Part shown: one piece after another, positions 29,605-38,596 of the stretch
How the letters are laid out: each line of letters starts with the position of its first letter
Numbering within the stretch: the stretch's first letter is position 1
Source of the DNA: Patescibacteria group bacterium
GTDB taxonomy: Bacteria; Patescibacteriota; Minisyncoccia; Minisyncoccales; PEYH01
Direction: 5' to 3'
DNA: 48,589 nucleotides
NCBI GenBank assembly: GCA_018817645.1
Contig: JAHITK010000006.1
Coordinates: forward strand, 1 to 48,589
Made by a program: the position numbers and the translations under genes
The notes under the pieces: generated by a model
What the model was told of the DNA's origin: nothing
The model's input: only the letters and a program-made list of their open reading frames with translations
Database searches by the model: none

Positions 29605-30987
29605 TTACTTTTTCCTTTCACCGAGAACGACTATAAGAGTTATCTCCTTCCCCTCTCTTAAAATTTTGAGATTTACCGAATCATTGGGATTATAATCCAA
29701 GATAATCTTGGCCAAGGGATTCTCGGAGGTAATTTTAACGCCATTGAATTCCAAAATAATATCATTCTTCTTAATCCCGGCTTTGGCCGCCGGACTGTCG
29801 GCCACAACGGCTGTCTCCGTGTCTTTTCCCAAAGAATCCTTGCCAATCCAGGCCCCATAATCAACAGACAAATTATTGGCTTCGCTGATTTCTTCGGTGA
29901 TTAGCGTGTAAGACACACCCAACCACGGATAAACAATGGTTCCCGTCTTTTTTACCTGGTCAATGTCTCTCTTCGCCATATTAATAGGCAAGCTAAAGCC
30001 GATATTCTCTCCGCTGGAAGAGCGGGCGGCATTAATCCCGATTACTTCCCCGGCCAGATTTAAAAGCGGACCGCCGGAATTGCCCGGATTAATGGCGGCG
30101 TCTGTTTGAATAATGCCTTCCAAATTCTCGCTAAAGCCCGCTTCGCCCGTCGCCGTAATGTTCCGGCCTAATCCGGAAATAACGCCCACTGACACGGTAT
30201 TCTGGAATTCTCCCAAAGCGTAACCGATGGCTATCACTGTTTGGCCGATCTGCAAACTGGAAGAATCGCCCAACTTCACGGTGGGAAATGTTTTTCTTTC
30301 CCCTTCAGGGGCATCTGACTGGTCAACTTTGAGAACAGCTAAATCATAGAACGGATCCTTGGCCAAGATTTTAGCCGGGTATTTCGAGCCGTCGCCGAAA
30401 AAAACCGTGTATTCCGCGCCCTCTTCCAAAGTGACATGTTTGTTTGTTAAAATTATGCCGTCTGAAGAAATAATGAATCCGGTTCCCCCGCCCACTTGCT
30501 GTTTTTCTGTTCCGTTTTCGCGGTATTGGGGAATAAGAAAATCGCTTCCAAAGGGCCAATTCAAACCGCCGAAAGGGTCAATATAGTATTTCTCCAAAAT
30601 CGGGACATCTTTGCTGATAACAATGCTTACCACGGCCGGCGAATAATCCTTAACCGCCTGAATAATCCTCTGCTCCTGGGTTGTCTGGGGAATGTAGTTA
30701 TTTTGGATGGTCGTGTCTTTTCTAATAATAGGGACTCCCTGTTGCTCCAGAATATCAATAACCTGATTCTGCCAATAATAGTTGGTGAGAATCGCGCCGG
30801 CTGCGCCGGCTGTGATGGATACCAAAATTATCAACACTGCCAAAAGTCCCGGCCGATGTTTTATTCTGCCCCTATTCTTAGCAATGACCTTAAGTTTGCC
30901 TAAGTCTATCTTTGGAAAGCGGAAACTATTTTTTATTGAACTGCTGTTTTGCCAAAAATTACTACTTTCCTCCATTTTGTTAGTCAA
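29605..30987 (-). CDS. htrA: HtrA/DegP-family serine protease with one PDZ domain
   Basis: TM anchor, LTNKHV, DLAVLK, DAAINPGNSGGPL, PDZ (SPAAKAGIKKND). Confidence 0.93.
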   Translation of the reverse strand: MTNKMEESSNFWQNSSSIKNSFRFPKIDLGKLKVIAKNRGRIKHRPGLLAVLIILVSITAGAAGAILTNYYWQNQVIDILEQQGVPIIRKDTTIQNNYIPQTTQEQRIIQAVKDYSPAVVSIVISKDVPILEKYYIDPFGGLNWPFGSDFLIPQYRENGTEKQQVGGGTGFIISSDGIILTNKHVTLEEGAEYTVFFGDGSKYPAKILAKDPFYDLAVLKVDQSDAPEGERKTFPTVKLGDSSSLQIGQTVIAIGYALGEFQNTVSVGVISGLGRNITATGEAGFSENLEGIIQTDAAINPGNSGGPLLNLAGEVIGINAARSSSGENIGFSLPINMAKRDIDQVKKTGTIVYPWLGVSYTLITEEISEANNLSVDYGAWIGKDSLGKDTETAVVADSPAAKAGIKKNDIILEFNGVKITSENPLAKIILDYNPNDSVNLKILREGKEITLIVVLGERKK

Positions 30988-31025
30988 CCATTTCGGCTGG
31001 CAATTGCCTTCAATGGCTAATTTTA

Positions 31026-31412
31026 TTAACGATTAAATAAATATGATATGCCTCTGATGATGTGGGGCAGGAAAATAAATCCGGCCACAGCAGCCGCGCC
31101 GATAACAGCCATTAAGACCGCGCCAGCCGCCAAATCCTTTATTTTCCTGATTTCCTGGTTGTGATTGCTGTCTATCAAATTAGTAACCCTTTCCACTTGG
31201 GTATTCATCAGCTCAATGCCCAAAACCAAAAAAATACACAGGGTTATTATCGCTCTTTCCTGCAAATCAAGGGGGAAATAAAGCATAAAAAAGACCACGA
31301 TCAGAGCGATAATTACCCCGATTCTTACGGTATTTTCCTCCTTAATGCCTATGCGCAGGCCGTTAAAAGCAACCTGAAAGCTCTTTAATAATTTCTTAGG
31401 GTTGATAATCAT
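31026..31412 (-). CDS. dgkA: Prokaryotic diacylglycerol/undecaprenol kinase
   Basis: SFQVAFNGL, ELMNTQVE, IKDLAAGAV; likely start MIINPKK at 31412. Confidence 0.88.
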   Translation of the reverse strand: MIINPKKLLKSFQVAFNGLRIGIKEENTVRIGVIIALIVVFFMLYFPLDLQERAIITLCIFLVLGIELMNTQVERVTNLIDSNHNQEIRKIKDLAAGAVLMAVIGAAAVAGFIFLPHIIRGISYLFNR

Positions 31413-31517
31413 AATTTTTAGAGTATCTACTATTTTGATACTTTCTAAAATTGTTGTCAAATAAAAGCCGCGGGCCTGGCTCGCAAGAAAAATTTACGAT
31501 GAAAAATGCCAAGGATT

Positions 31518-32519
31518 TTACTGCATCAGCAAATTTTTTATTTCGTTCCAGATTTCGGGTTGGTTTTGTTTTTCTTTCATCCAATACCACCACTCCGACC
31601 CCCAAAGATAAAAAGTGTCTGTTCCGGTATCCTTGGCATATTGGATTATTTTTCTTATTTTCTGAAGATCCATAGTTTTTTCCTGTTCTTCTAAAGGAGA
31701 ATCAGATAACAAGGTCTGACCCCACGGTTCCGCCTGGAGCTCAACGCAAATAACCTTTTTATTAAATAACTTACCTATTAACCAGGCCTTTCTATGATAG
31801 AAAACGGGGGGAAACGGCGGCCTAAAGTAAAATTTAAAATCACTGGACCAAACCACCCGGTATAGAGTATGCCCGACCATATCGCCATATTTCGCCGCTT
31901 TGAACCAGAAAGGAAACTCTCCGCTCTCGCTCACCACCACTGGTCTTTTTTCAGGGTCAAGGGATTTAACCAAATCTATTTCTTTTTTTATGTCCTTTCC
32001 GGAAATAAGGGGGCAATTGTCTCCAAAAGGAAAAAAGGGTTCGTTTTCCACTTGCCACATTTTAATCGCGGAATAATCTCTATACCTCAAAACCACCTGT
32101 TCCAGATAATTTAAAAGTTTCTTGTTGAAATCTTCTTGACTTAAATTTTTTGCCCAATCCGGGATATGGCATTCCGGCCAGCGCGGGACTTTTCTGCCGA
32201 TGACCAAAAGGACTTCCGCACCTCTTTTTTCCGCCTGCTCAATCTGCCAATCCAAATCAGCAAAATCAAACACTCCCGGCTCTTTTTCTATTGAATCCCA
32301 GTAGGCGACCAGTTTTAAATTTTTAACCTGCAAATCGTCTAAAATCGCCAGGTAGTTGGCTCTCCAATCCAGCCCTAAGAGCTCGGCTTGTTTTTGGGAA
32401 AACACCGCTCCCCAGGTGATGTTCTCGGCGGGAGTGGCTTTACCAATAAATAAAAAAACAAGGAGGCCGATGATGAAAATCAAGAAAAGGAAAAGTATAA
32501 TTTTAAAAACTTTAGGCAT
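31518..32519 (-). CDS. Membrane-anchored clan-A glycoside hydrolase (GH42/GH5-like)
   Basis: YWDSIEKEPGVFDFADLD, WQVENEP (acid/base), VELQAEPW (nucleophile). Confidence 0.75.
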   Translation of the reverse strand: MPKVFKIILFLFLIFIIGLLVFLFIGKATPAENITWGAVFSQKQAELLGLDWRANYLAILDDLQVKNLKLVAYWDSIEKEPGVFDFADLDWQIEQAEKRGAEVLLVIGRKVPRWPECHIPDWAKNLSQEDFNKKLLNYLEQVVLRYRDYSAIKMWQVENEPFFPFGDNCPLISGKDIKKEIDLVKSLDPEKRPVVVSESGEFPFWFKAAKYGDMVGHTLYRVVWSSDFKFYFRPPFPPVFYHRKAWLIGKLFNKKVICVELQAEPWGQTLLSDSPLEEQEKTMDLQKIRKIIQYAKDTGTDTFYLWGSEWWYWMKEKQNQPEIWNEIKNLLMQ

Positions 32520-32520
32520 T

Positions 32521-33453
32521 TCAAACGGCTAATAATACTAATCCTGCGATTATAAATAAGATCGCGAAAATTTTCTGGATGATAATTTTTTTGGAAACCT
32601 CGTCAGCCAAGAATTTCGGAAATTTATAAGACAAAATAATGGTAAAAATCAAAAGGAAGACATATCTCGTTCCTTCCAGCGCGTTGATGAAAGCAAGATA
32701 GGATAAGGGCGCAAGGAAAATCGCAAGGTTCTGCAAAATGCCGGCGCCGGCGCCGATAATTTGATTGGAAATAAACAATAAAGCGATTTTGGGCTTCTTT
32801 AAAAAAGACGACCATGGCGCTTTCTTTTTCTTAAAAATCTCTCCCTTCACTTCTTTGGAGAATAAAAACAAAAGAGCAATTAAAAAGCCGCCAACTTTAA
32901 TCCAGATTAAGCCGGAAATAAACGGCTGGGAAATATAAACCAGCTTTGCGGTTAAAAAACTTAGGGCAAATAAAAAAGCGGTCAAAGAGGATAAGATAAA
33001 ACTTTTTTGGGTTACTCCCCGCTTCTTCTCTGAACTAATAAACACACTCCCTACTATCAATAATAAAAATGCTAAAATTTTTGCCGAACTAAGCGGTTCA
33101 AACGTATCTTTGGATTGCCAGGCGAAAATATAACTCAAAATTAAAGTGAAAATCGGCAGAATCCCGCCGATAGCCGGAATCACCCTGGAGGCCTCAAATA
33201 ATCGCAGCGATTCAAATAGGCCCAGAAGCGCAAAAAACCAAAGAGCGCCGGAAAGCAAGGCAATCAATAAGGTTAATGAATCGGGGATGGTAAAACCAAA
33301 CGGAGCCAAAACAAAAACAAGAATGCCAAGCACACTCACATAAAAAGCGTAAAGTTTCGGTTTGGCAAGAGGGCCGGTCAATAAAAAGTCGTCAATAACC
33401 GCTGATATTGCCAAAAGAAAATAAGCGATGATGGCAAAAATTATCCAAAGCAT
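32521..33453 (-). CDS. EamA/DMT-like transporter
   Basis: About 10 TM segments in two repeats; EASRVIPAIGG motif. Confidence 0.75.
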   Translation of the reverse strand: MLWIIFAIIAYFLLAISAVIDDFLLTGPLAKPKLYAFYVSVLGILVFVLAPFGFTIPDSLTLLIALLSGALWFFALLGLFESLRLFEASRVIPAIGGILPIFTLILSYIFAWQSKDTFEPLSSAKILAFLLLIVGSVFISSEKKRGVTQKSFILSSLTAFLFALSFLTAKLVYISQPFISGLIWIKVGGFLIALLFLFSKEVKGEIFKKKKAPWSSFLKKPKIALLFISNQIIGAGAGILQNLAIFLAPLSYLAFINALEGTRYVFLLIFTIILSYKFPKFLADEVSKKIIIQKIFAILFIIAGLVLLAV

Positions 33454-33466
33454 ATTTTATTATTTT

Positions 33467-33617
33467 ACAGCGAGGATATTTTATTTGAAATGCGTCTCGA
33501 GGCCGAGCGGGCAGGGTTTCCCCCGCTCAAGCGGGGGAAGAACGAAGCCGAGAGTCGAGTAATAATTTCCTCGCTGAGGAAATTGTTGCGTCAGTTCAAA
33601 TGAAATATCCGAGCTGT
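33467..33617. repeat. 150-bp MITE-like fold-back element
   Basis: Terminal IR acagcgaggatattttatttgaa / ttcaaatgaaatatccgagctgt; internal hairpins ttcccccgct-ca-agcgggggaa and aatttcctc-gct-gaggaaatt. Confidence 0.6.
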
Positions 33618-33619
33618 TG

Positions 33620-34795
33620 CTAACCTTCTACAAACAACTGATTGTTTTTACAGATTTCAGAATAAAAATAGGCGCTCGGACGGGGTTTTCTTTCAAGGGT
33701 GCTATAATCAATTTCAATCAATCCGAATCTGGGACCAAAACCATCGGCCCATTCAAAATTGTCCATCAAAGACCAATAAAAATATCCTCTGACATCAATT
33801 CCTTCTTGAGTTGCCCAGTGGACATTTCTCAAGACCTCTCTTATATACCACTCTCTATTCTTATCCCCTGCATCAGCCAATCCATTTTCTGTGATATAAA
33901 CCGGCTTATTGTATCTTTTAAGCTCCTTTAATAAATAATAAATTCCCTCTGGATATAATTCCCAGCCCATATCAGAGACCTTTTTGTTTTCGTTCCGGAT
34001 TAAACCCGGAAATTTAATTTTGAAATGGAAATAATAATTCAACCCAATAAAATCGCAATGATTTTTAATCTTATTCAAAAAATATCTGTTTTGCCACCAA
34101 TCAGGAAGCCCTACGATAAATCTATCCAATAAATTCTTAGATGGCTCAAAATAAGTATTATGTTTCACTATCCCTACTAAAACTTTGTCTCGGCCGAATG
34201 TTTTAAATAATCTGTAAACACTCTGGTGAGCTCTGATTAAATTATTGACCACGCGGATATATAAAAAGATATTCCTTTTTTGAGGCAGCCATCTTTTGGC
34301 AAGATAGCCCTGCCCAGCGAAAACCATCGGCTCATTAATCGTTGCCCAAAAATCAATCAAATCCTGATATTCTCCGAATAATTTGGCGGCGTACCTGGTG
34401 AAATATTCTATTGACTTGTTATTGGCAAACCCGCCGATTTCGGCCAGCCATTGGGGCAGAGTAAAATGATGCAAAGTGACCATTGTCTTGATTCCTCTCT
34501 GCTTCAGGGCTGACAACACTCTCCGGTAATGCTCAATTTCTATTTTATCAAATTCTCCCTGCCTCGGTTCTATTTTCGCCCATTCAATTGAAAAACGGTG
34601 GGCGTTTTGGTTCAGTTTTTTTAACAAATCAAAATCCGGCTCAAAGCGGTTGTAATGGTCGCAGGCAAGGCCGGCGGGACCGTGTCCTCTTTTGGGCGGA
34701 TTGATCTCCCAATCAGAAAGCTTATTTCCGCCTTCCACCTGATAAGCGGAAGTGGCGCTTCCCCATAAAAAATTGTCTGGAAACTTCAGAACCAT
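33620..34795 (-). CDS. GH1 beta-glucosidase
   Basis: FPDNFLWGSATSAYQVEG, RFSIEW, TINEP, YITENG, DNFEWADG. Confidence 0.95.
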   Translation of the reverse strand: MVLKFPDNFLWGSATSAYQVEGGNKLSDWEINPPKRGHGPAGLACDHYNRFEPDFDLLKKLNQNAHRFSIEWAKIEPRQGEFDKIEIEHYRRVLSALKQRGIKTMVTLHHFTLPQWLAEIGGFANNKSIEYFTRYAAKLFGEYQDLIDFWATINEPMVFAGQGYLAKRWLPQKRNIFLYIRVVNNLIRAHQSVYRLFKTFGRDKVLVGIVKHNTYFEPSKNLLDRFIVGLPDWWQNRYFLNKIKNHCDFIGLNYYFHFKIKFPGLIRNENKKVSDMGWELYPEGIYYLLKELKRYNKPVYITENGLADAGDKNREWYIREVLRNVHWATQEGIDVRGYFYWSLMDNFEWADGFGPRFGLIEIDYSTLERKPRPSAYFYSEICKNNQLFVEG

Positions 34796-35865
34796 TAAAT
34801 CCCTAATTTTAATCTGATAATTTTTGACACTGATTGATTTATCCTTTCTTCGCTTATTCTACCATTTTCCACTGCTTTAATAAGTGCCTCTACCCCAGCG
34901 CTGGCCGGCAAACGCCAACCGGAAAAAATCAAAATATCAATGCCCGCTTCTACGGGTAAAGAAACAATGTCTTCTAATTCATACTTATTTAATAAAGAAT
35001 TTTGGTCCAAATCATCAGAAATTACCAAAACTTCATTTCCTAATTCTGATTTCAAAAAATCAATTCCTTTTGGGGAAAAAGTAAAAGGCACATCCTCGTC
35101 TATGTTTTTATAGATAACATTAACAATCATCACCATCTCCGGCTTAGCAGACATCGCTTCTTTAAACAGACCTATGTCCGGAACCTCCTCCTTTATCGCC
35201 AATTTTTCTTCTGGATTAAAATCAATGTTCCCATAACCGGGAAAATGTTTGATTGCGGTAAAAATTTCTGCGGTCTTCTGGCCTGAAATTAAATTTCTTG
35301 CCAAATCTCCTGCGTTTGACTGCTTCTCTCGGAAGGAACGGCTGTAAATAAAATCGTCTGGCTCGACTTTATCCAAAACCGGCGCAAGATTGAGCGTAAC
35401 CCCGAATTGCTTCAGTTCCTGTCCTCTTTTAAGGCCGATTTCAAAAGCGATTTCCGGATCATTAATAACGCTTTGGCCTATTTGCTCCTGAAGAAAACCA
35501 ATCCTGTTGATTTCTCCTCCTTCCTGGTCAACGGCTATGAATAATGGGATGCCAGTGTCCTGCAGGGCTATTTGCTGAAGCCCGTCTACTAATTTCAGCA
35601 ACTGGAGCTCGTTTCCTATATTCCAACCCAAGAGCAAAATTCCTCCCGGATGAAGTTCTTTTATCATTGACTTTATCTCTTCAGTAAGTTCTTGGCCGTC
35701 AAAGCCAATAATAAAAATTTGGCCTATTTTTTGCTTTAAGCTTAAGTTACCCCATAAAAAATTATCGGATAATTTTGTGATATCATCGGACTGGCCGGAA
35801 AGACCAATCAGCAATATCGTCATTGCCAAAATCGTCATTATGATAATGAGAAAGGCGAGTTTCAT
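34795..35865 (-). CDS. GH3 N-terminal-domain protein (NagZ-like), membrane-anchored
   Basis: IAVDQEGG, NLAPVLD, KHFPGYG, ISDDL. Confidence 0.88.
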   Translation of the reverse strand: MKLAFLIIIMTILAMTILLIGLSGQSDDITKLSDNFLWGNLSLKQKIGQIFIIGFDGQELTEEIKSMIKELHPGGILLLGWNIGNELQLLKLVDGLQQIALQDTGIPLFIAVDQEGGEINRIGFLQEQIGQSVINDPEIAFEIGLKRGQELKQFGVTLNLAPVLDKVEPDDFIYSRSFREKQSNAGDLARNLISGQKTAEIFTAIKHFPGYGNIDFNPEEKLAIKEEVPDIGLFKEAMSAKPEMVMIVNVIYKNIDEDVPFTFSPKGIDFLKSELGNEVLVISDDLDQNSLLNKYELEDIVSLPVEAGIDILIFSGWRLPASAGVEALIKAVENGRISEERINQSVSKIIRLKLGI

Positions 35866-35878
35866 TTCTTTATTATCT

Positions 35879-36036
35879 CATTTTTTCCGACTTTCTAAAA
35901 CCCTGACATTTCTAAATCCTTTTGATAAGTAATAAAAATAGAGTTGACCCCATTTTGACCATTTTTTCCGACTTTCTAAAACCCTGACATTTCTAAATCC
36001 TTTTGATAAGTAATAAAAATAGAGTTGACCCCATTT
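35879..36036. repeat. 77-bp direct duplication (period 81)
   Basis: cattttttccgactttc...gagttgaccccattt at 35879 and 35960. Confidence 0.9.
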
Positions 36037-36238
36037 GTCCTTGTCTATCAGATAATGAGTGATGCCCAGCTTTTCACATTCCATATCCAAAGGATGCAAT
36101 CTGGGTTTCATCGGGTTAGAACTCTTCGGATATCCGGTATATCTATTGGTGAATGTGGCGTGATTATCTGTCTGCAACCCTGAAACGATAAAGGGGTAGA
36201 ATCTAACCAGGGAATCAAGGAATAATATGCTTTCTAAT
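36037..36238 (-). pseudogene. Fragment of an integrase-core (IS481-like DDE) transposase
   Basis: ESILFLDSLVRFYPF..LQTDNHATFTNRYTG..HPLDMECEKLGITHYLI resembles the rve core; truncated on both sides. Confidence 0.7.
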
Positions 36239-36411
36239 GGAAAAATGATGGAAAAATGATGGAAAAATGGGGTCAACTCTATTTTCCCCTCTTCGAGCAA
36301 CAACCGAAAACCCATCACTGGGTTTTTGAATTCAGGGAATTAAGGTAATGTAAACCAATATATCAAAAGAATTCAAAAATGCTTAAAATCTATCTTCAAA
36401 AATTATTCTTT

Positions 36412-37920
36412 CTAAAACCCTGCGATCCGGAATCGGTGGTCTTTTTTCCAGCGGATGATTAAATAACTCAAAAAGAGATAATAAAAGATAATCCAGACCC
36501 AAGAAATTTTCAAACTTATTGACGAAAAAGCCAAAGAAGCGAAAAAATTAGAAATAATCTGGAGATAAGAAAGAATCAGCCAGCAAGGGAAAATAAATAT
36601 TAGGGCGAAAATCCCGGCAAAGAGTCCAAAAAGAGCGGAAAGAAAACCAAAAACAAGAATGAACGGCAATAATGGAAGAATTAAAACATTGGTTATCGGG
36701 GCCACTAAAGAAATATATCCGAAATTAGAGATTAAAATCGGCAAAGTGAAAATCTGGGCAGCCAAGCTCATGGCCAAAACATTTCTCAATTCCAAAAAAT
36801 TTGGAATTCTCCTGAGCCATCGCGAAAATATGGGAAATAAATAATTTATGCCCAGCACCGCCAGAAAAGAAAGCTGAAATCCAATGTTGTTTAAGAGAAA
36901 CGGGTTAAAGGCAAGCATTACCGCAGCCCCGAAAACAATGGCCCTTGAAGAATCGCTTTGCCTCCCCAAAATCTGGCCGAATAGATATAAAAAGCCCATA
37001 ATTCCGGCCCTGATGGTTGAGGCCTGAAAGCCCGTAAAAATAATGAAAAATAAAATGAAAATTATGGTCAGAAAAAAAGCTTGCTTTCTCCAAAGCCCCA
37101 GTCCCAGAAACCCCAACATCAGGATATTCATCAGAATCATTACGTGCATGCCGGAAATGGCGGTAAGATGGCGGATTCCCGCTTTATTCAGTGTTTCCTC
37201 TAATTCCGGACTCAATCGCGACTTGTCGCCTAAAATTATCGCTCCCAAAAGCAAACTGCTGTTAACGGAAAAATTGCGATAAATGCTTTCCCTGAGTTTA
37301 TTTTTCATTGCCAAAATCCCCTGAAAAAATCTTTGGCTTAAAGAAAGATGATTTCCATTGCCAATTATCTTGATTTCCGGCGAAAAACTGACGGCAAAAA
37401 TCCCCTGCCGGAATAAATATTCCCGGTAATCAAATCCCTCAAATTCCGGCGGCTTTTCAATCTTTCCGGAAATTTCAACGCTCTGCCCGTATTCGTATCG
37501 CGGATAAAAGGGGACAAAAGCCAAAATCCTCTCCTGGGTCGCGATTTTCTGGTTGTTTATTTCTTCCAATTTTACGATTATCTTTTGGCTTCCTTGATTT
37601 ATGTCCGGCTCTTTAATAATTATCCCGGATATTTCCACCTCCGCACCAAAAAATTTTTCAACCTCTTTTTCAAAATTATCCTTCTGGAAACATTCCGCCC
37701 TCATAAATCCCATAGAGAAGAAAATCAAAGAAATAATAAAAACCCATTTTGATTTCTTGAGCAAGAAAAATGAAACCAAGACCAGGAAAAGAAAAACGCT
37801 TCCAATAAGCCAGAAAGCGTTTCGCAGAATCAGTCCAAAGAAAATTCCGATTACAAAAGAGAGACCGGAGCAGAAAATAATTTTAGCGGCAAAGGCATTA
37901 CCTGATTTGACAAACATCAA
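36412..37920 (-). CDS. comEC: ComEC/Rec2 DNA-uptake channel (no metallo-beta-lactamase domain)
   Basis: GFDYREYL, GIRHLTAISGMHV, STIRAGIMG, GFQLSFLA. Confidence 0.93.
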   Translation of the reverse strand: MMFVKSGNAFAAKIIFCSGLSFVIGIFFGLILRNAFWLIGSVFLFLVLVSFFLLKKSKWVFIISLIFFSMGFMRAECFQKDNFEKEVEKFFGAEVEISGIIIKEPDINQGSQKIIVKLEEINNQKIATQERILAFVPFYPRYEYGQSVEISGKIEKPPEFEGFDYREYLFRQGIFAVSFSPEIKIIGNGNHLSLSQRFFQGILAMKNKLRESIYRNFSVNSSLLLGAIILGDKSRLSPELEETLNKAGIRHLTAISGMHVMILMNILMLGFLGLGLWRKQAFFLTIIFILFFIIFTGFQASTIRAGIMGFLYLFGQILGRQSDSSRAIVFGAAVMLAFNPFLLNNIGFQLSFLAVLGINYLFPIFSRWLRRIPNFLELRNVLAMSLAAQIFTLPILISNFGYISLVAPITNVLILPLLPFILVFGFLSALFGLFAGIFALIFIFPCWLILSYLQIISNFFASLAFSSISLKISWVWIIFYYLFLSYLIIRWKKDHRFRIAGF

Positions 37921-38596
37921 AATGAGGCGTTATTTCTTCCTTCAGTTTTTCCAGATATTCGTCCGGGAAGGACTTGGCTTTTGCAAGTTTGGGGTTCAGG
38001 AGTTTGCCTTGCGACTGGAAATTTTGCAAAAAATATTTGGGCGCAGGCGAAATCCATTTTACGATTTCCAAGATATCTTTCTTTTCCACCAACCCCGGGA
38101 CAAGAGTGGTCCTGAATTCAAAATCAATCACTCCTTTTTTTAACAATTTTATGCTTTTGTCTATCTGTCCAACATCAATATCCGCGCCAACCACTGTCTT
38201 ATATCTCTTTTTGGGCGCCTTAACATCCATTGCCGCATAATCAAGCAAGTTCAATTCAATCAGCTGCCGCAGCATTTCCGGACGGCTCCCGTTGGTGTCC
38301 AGTTTTATCAAAAACCCCATCTCCTGAATCTTTTCTATAAAATCCGGGAGGTCGTCATAGATGGTCGGCTCGCCTCCGCAAATTACCACTCCGTCTAAGA
38401 ATCCTTTCCTTTCTTCAAGGAATTCCCAAATCTTTTCTTCGGGAATCAATGGATGTTTTTTAATCTCCTCTGCCAAAACAAGCTCGGGATTATAGCAGAA
38501 CGGACATTTAAAATTACAACCGCTGACAAATATGGTAGCGGCAACCTTCCCCGGATAATCAATAAGGGTAGATTTTTGAATGCCTCCTATCCTCAT
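37898..38596 (-). CDS. nrdG: Anaerobic RNR activating radical-SAM protein
   Basis: GCNFKCPFCYNP, GGEPT, KLDTNG; follows nrdD. Confidence 0.92.
   Translation of the reverse strand: MRIGGIQKSTLIDYPGKVAATIFVSGCNFKCPFCYNPELVLAEEIKKHPLIPEEKIWEFLEERKGFLDGVVICGGEPTIYDDLPDFIEKIQEMGFLIKLDTNGSRPEMLRQLIELNLLDYAAMDVKAPKKRYKTVVGADIDVGQIDKSIKLLKKGVIDFEFRTTLVPGLVEKKDILEIVKWISPAPKYFLQNFQSQGKLLNPKLAKAKSFPDEYLEKLKEEITPHFDVCQIR

Noticed and set aside
35878-36318. 146-aa ORF as a real gene
   Set aside because: It is a chimera of a transposase fragment and a translated 81-nt-period duplication.
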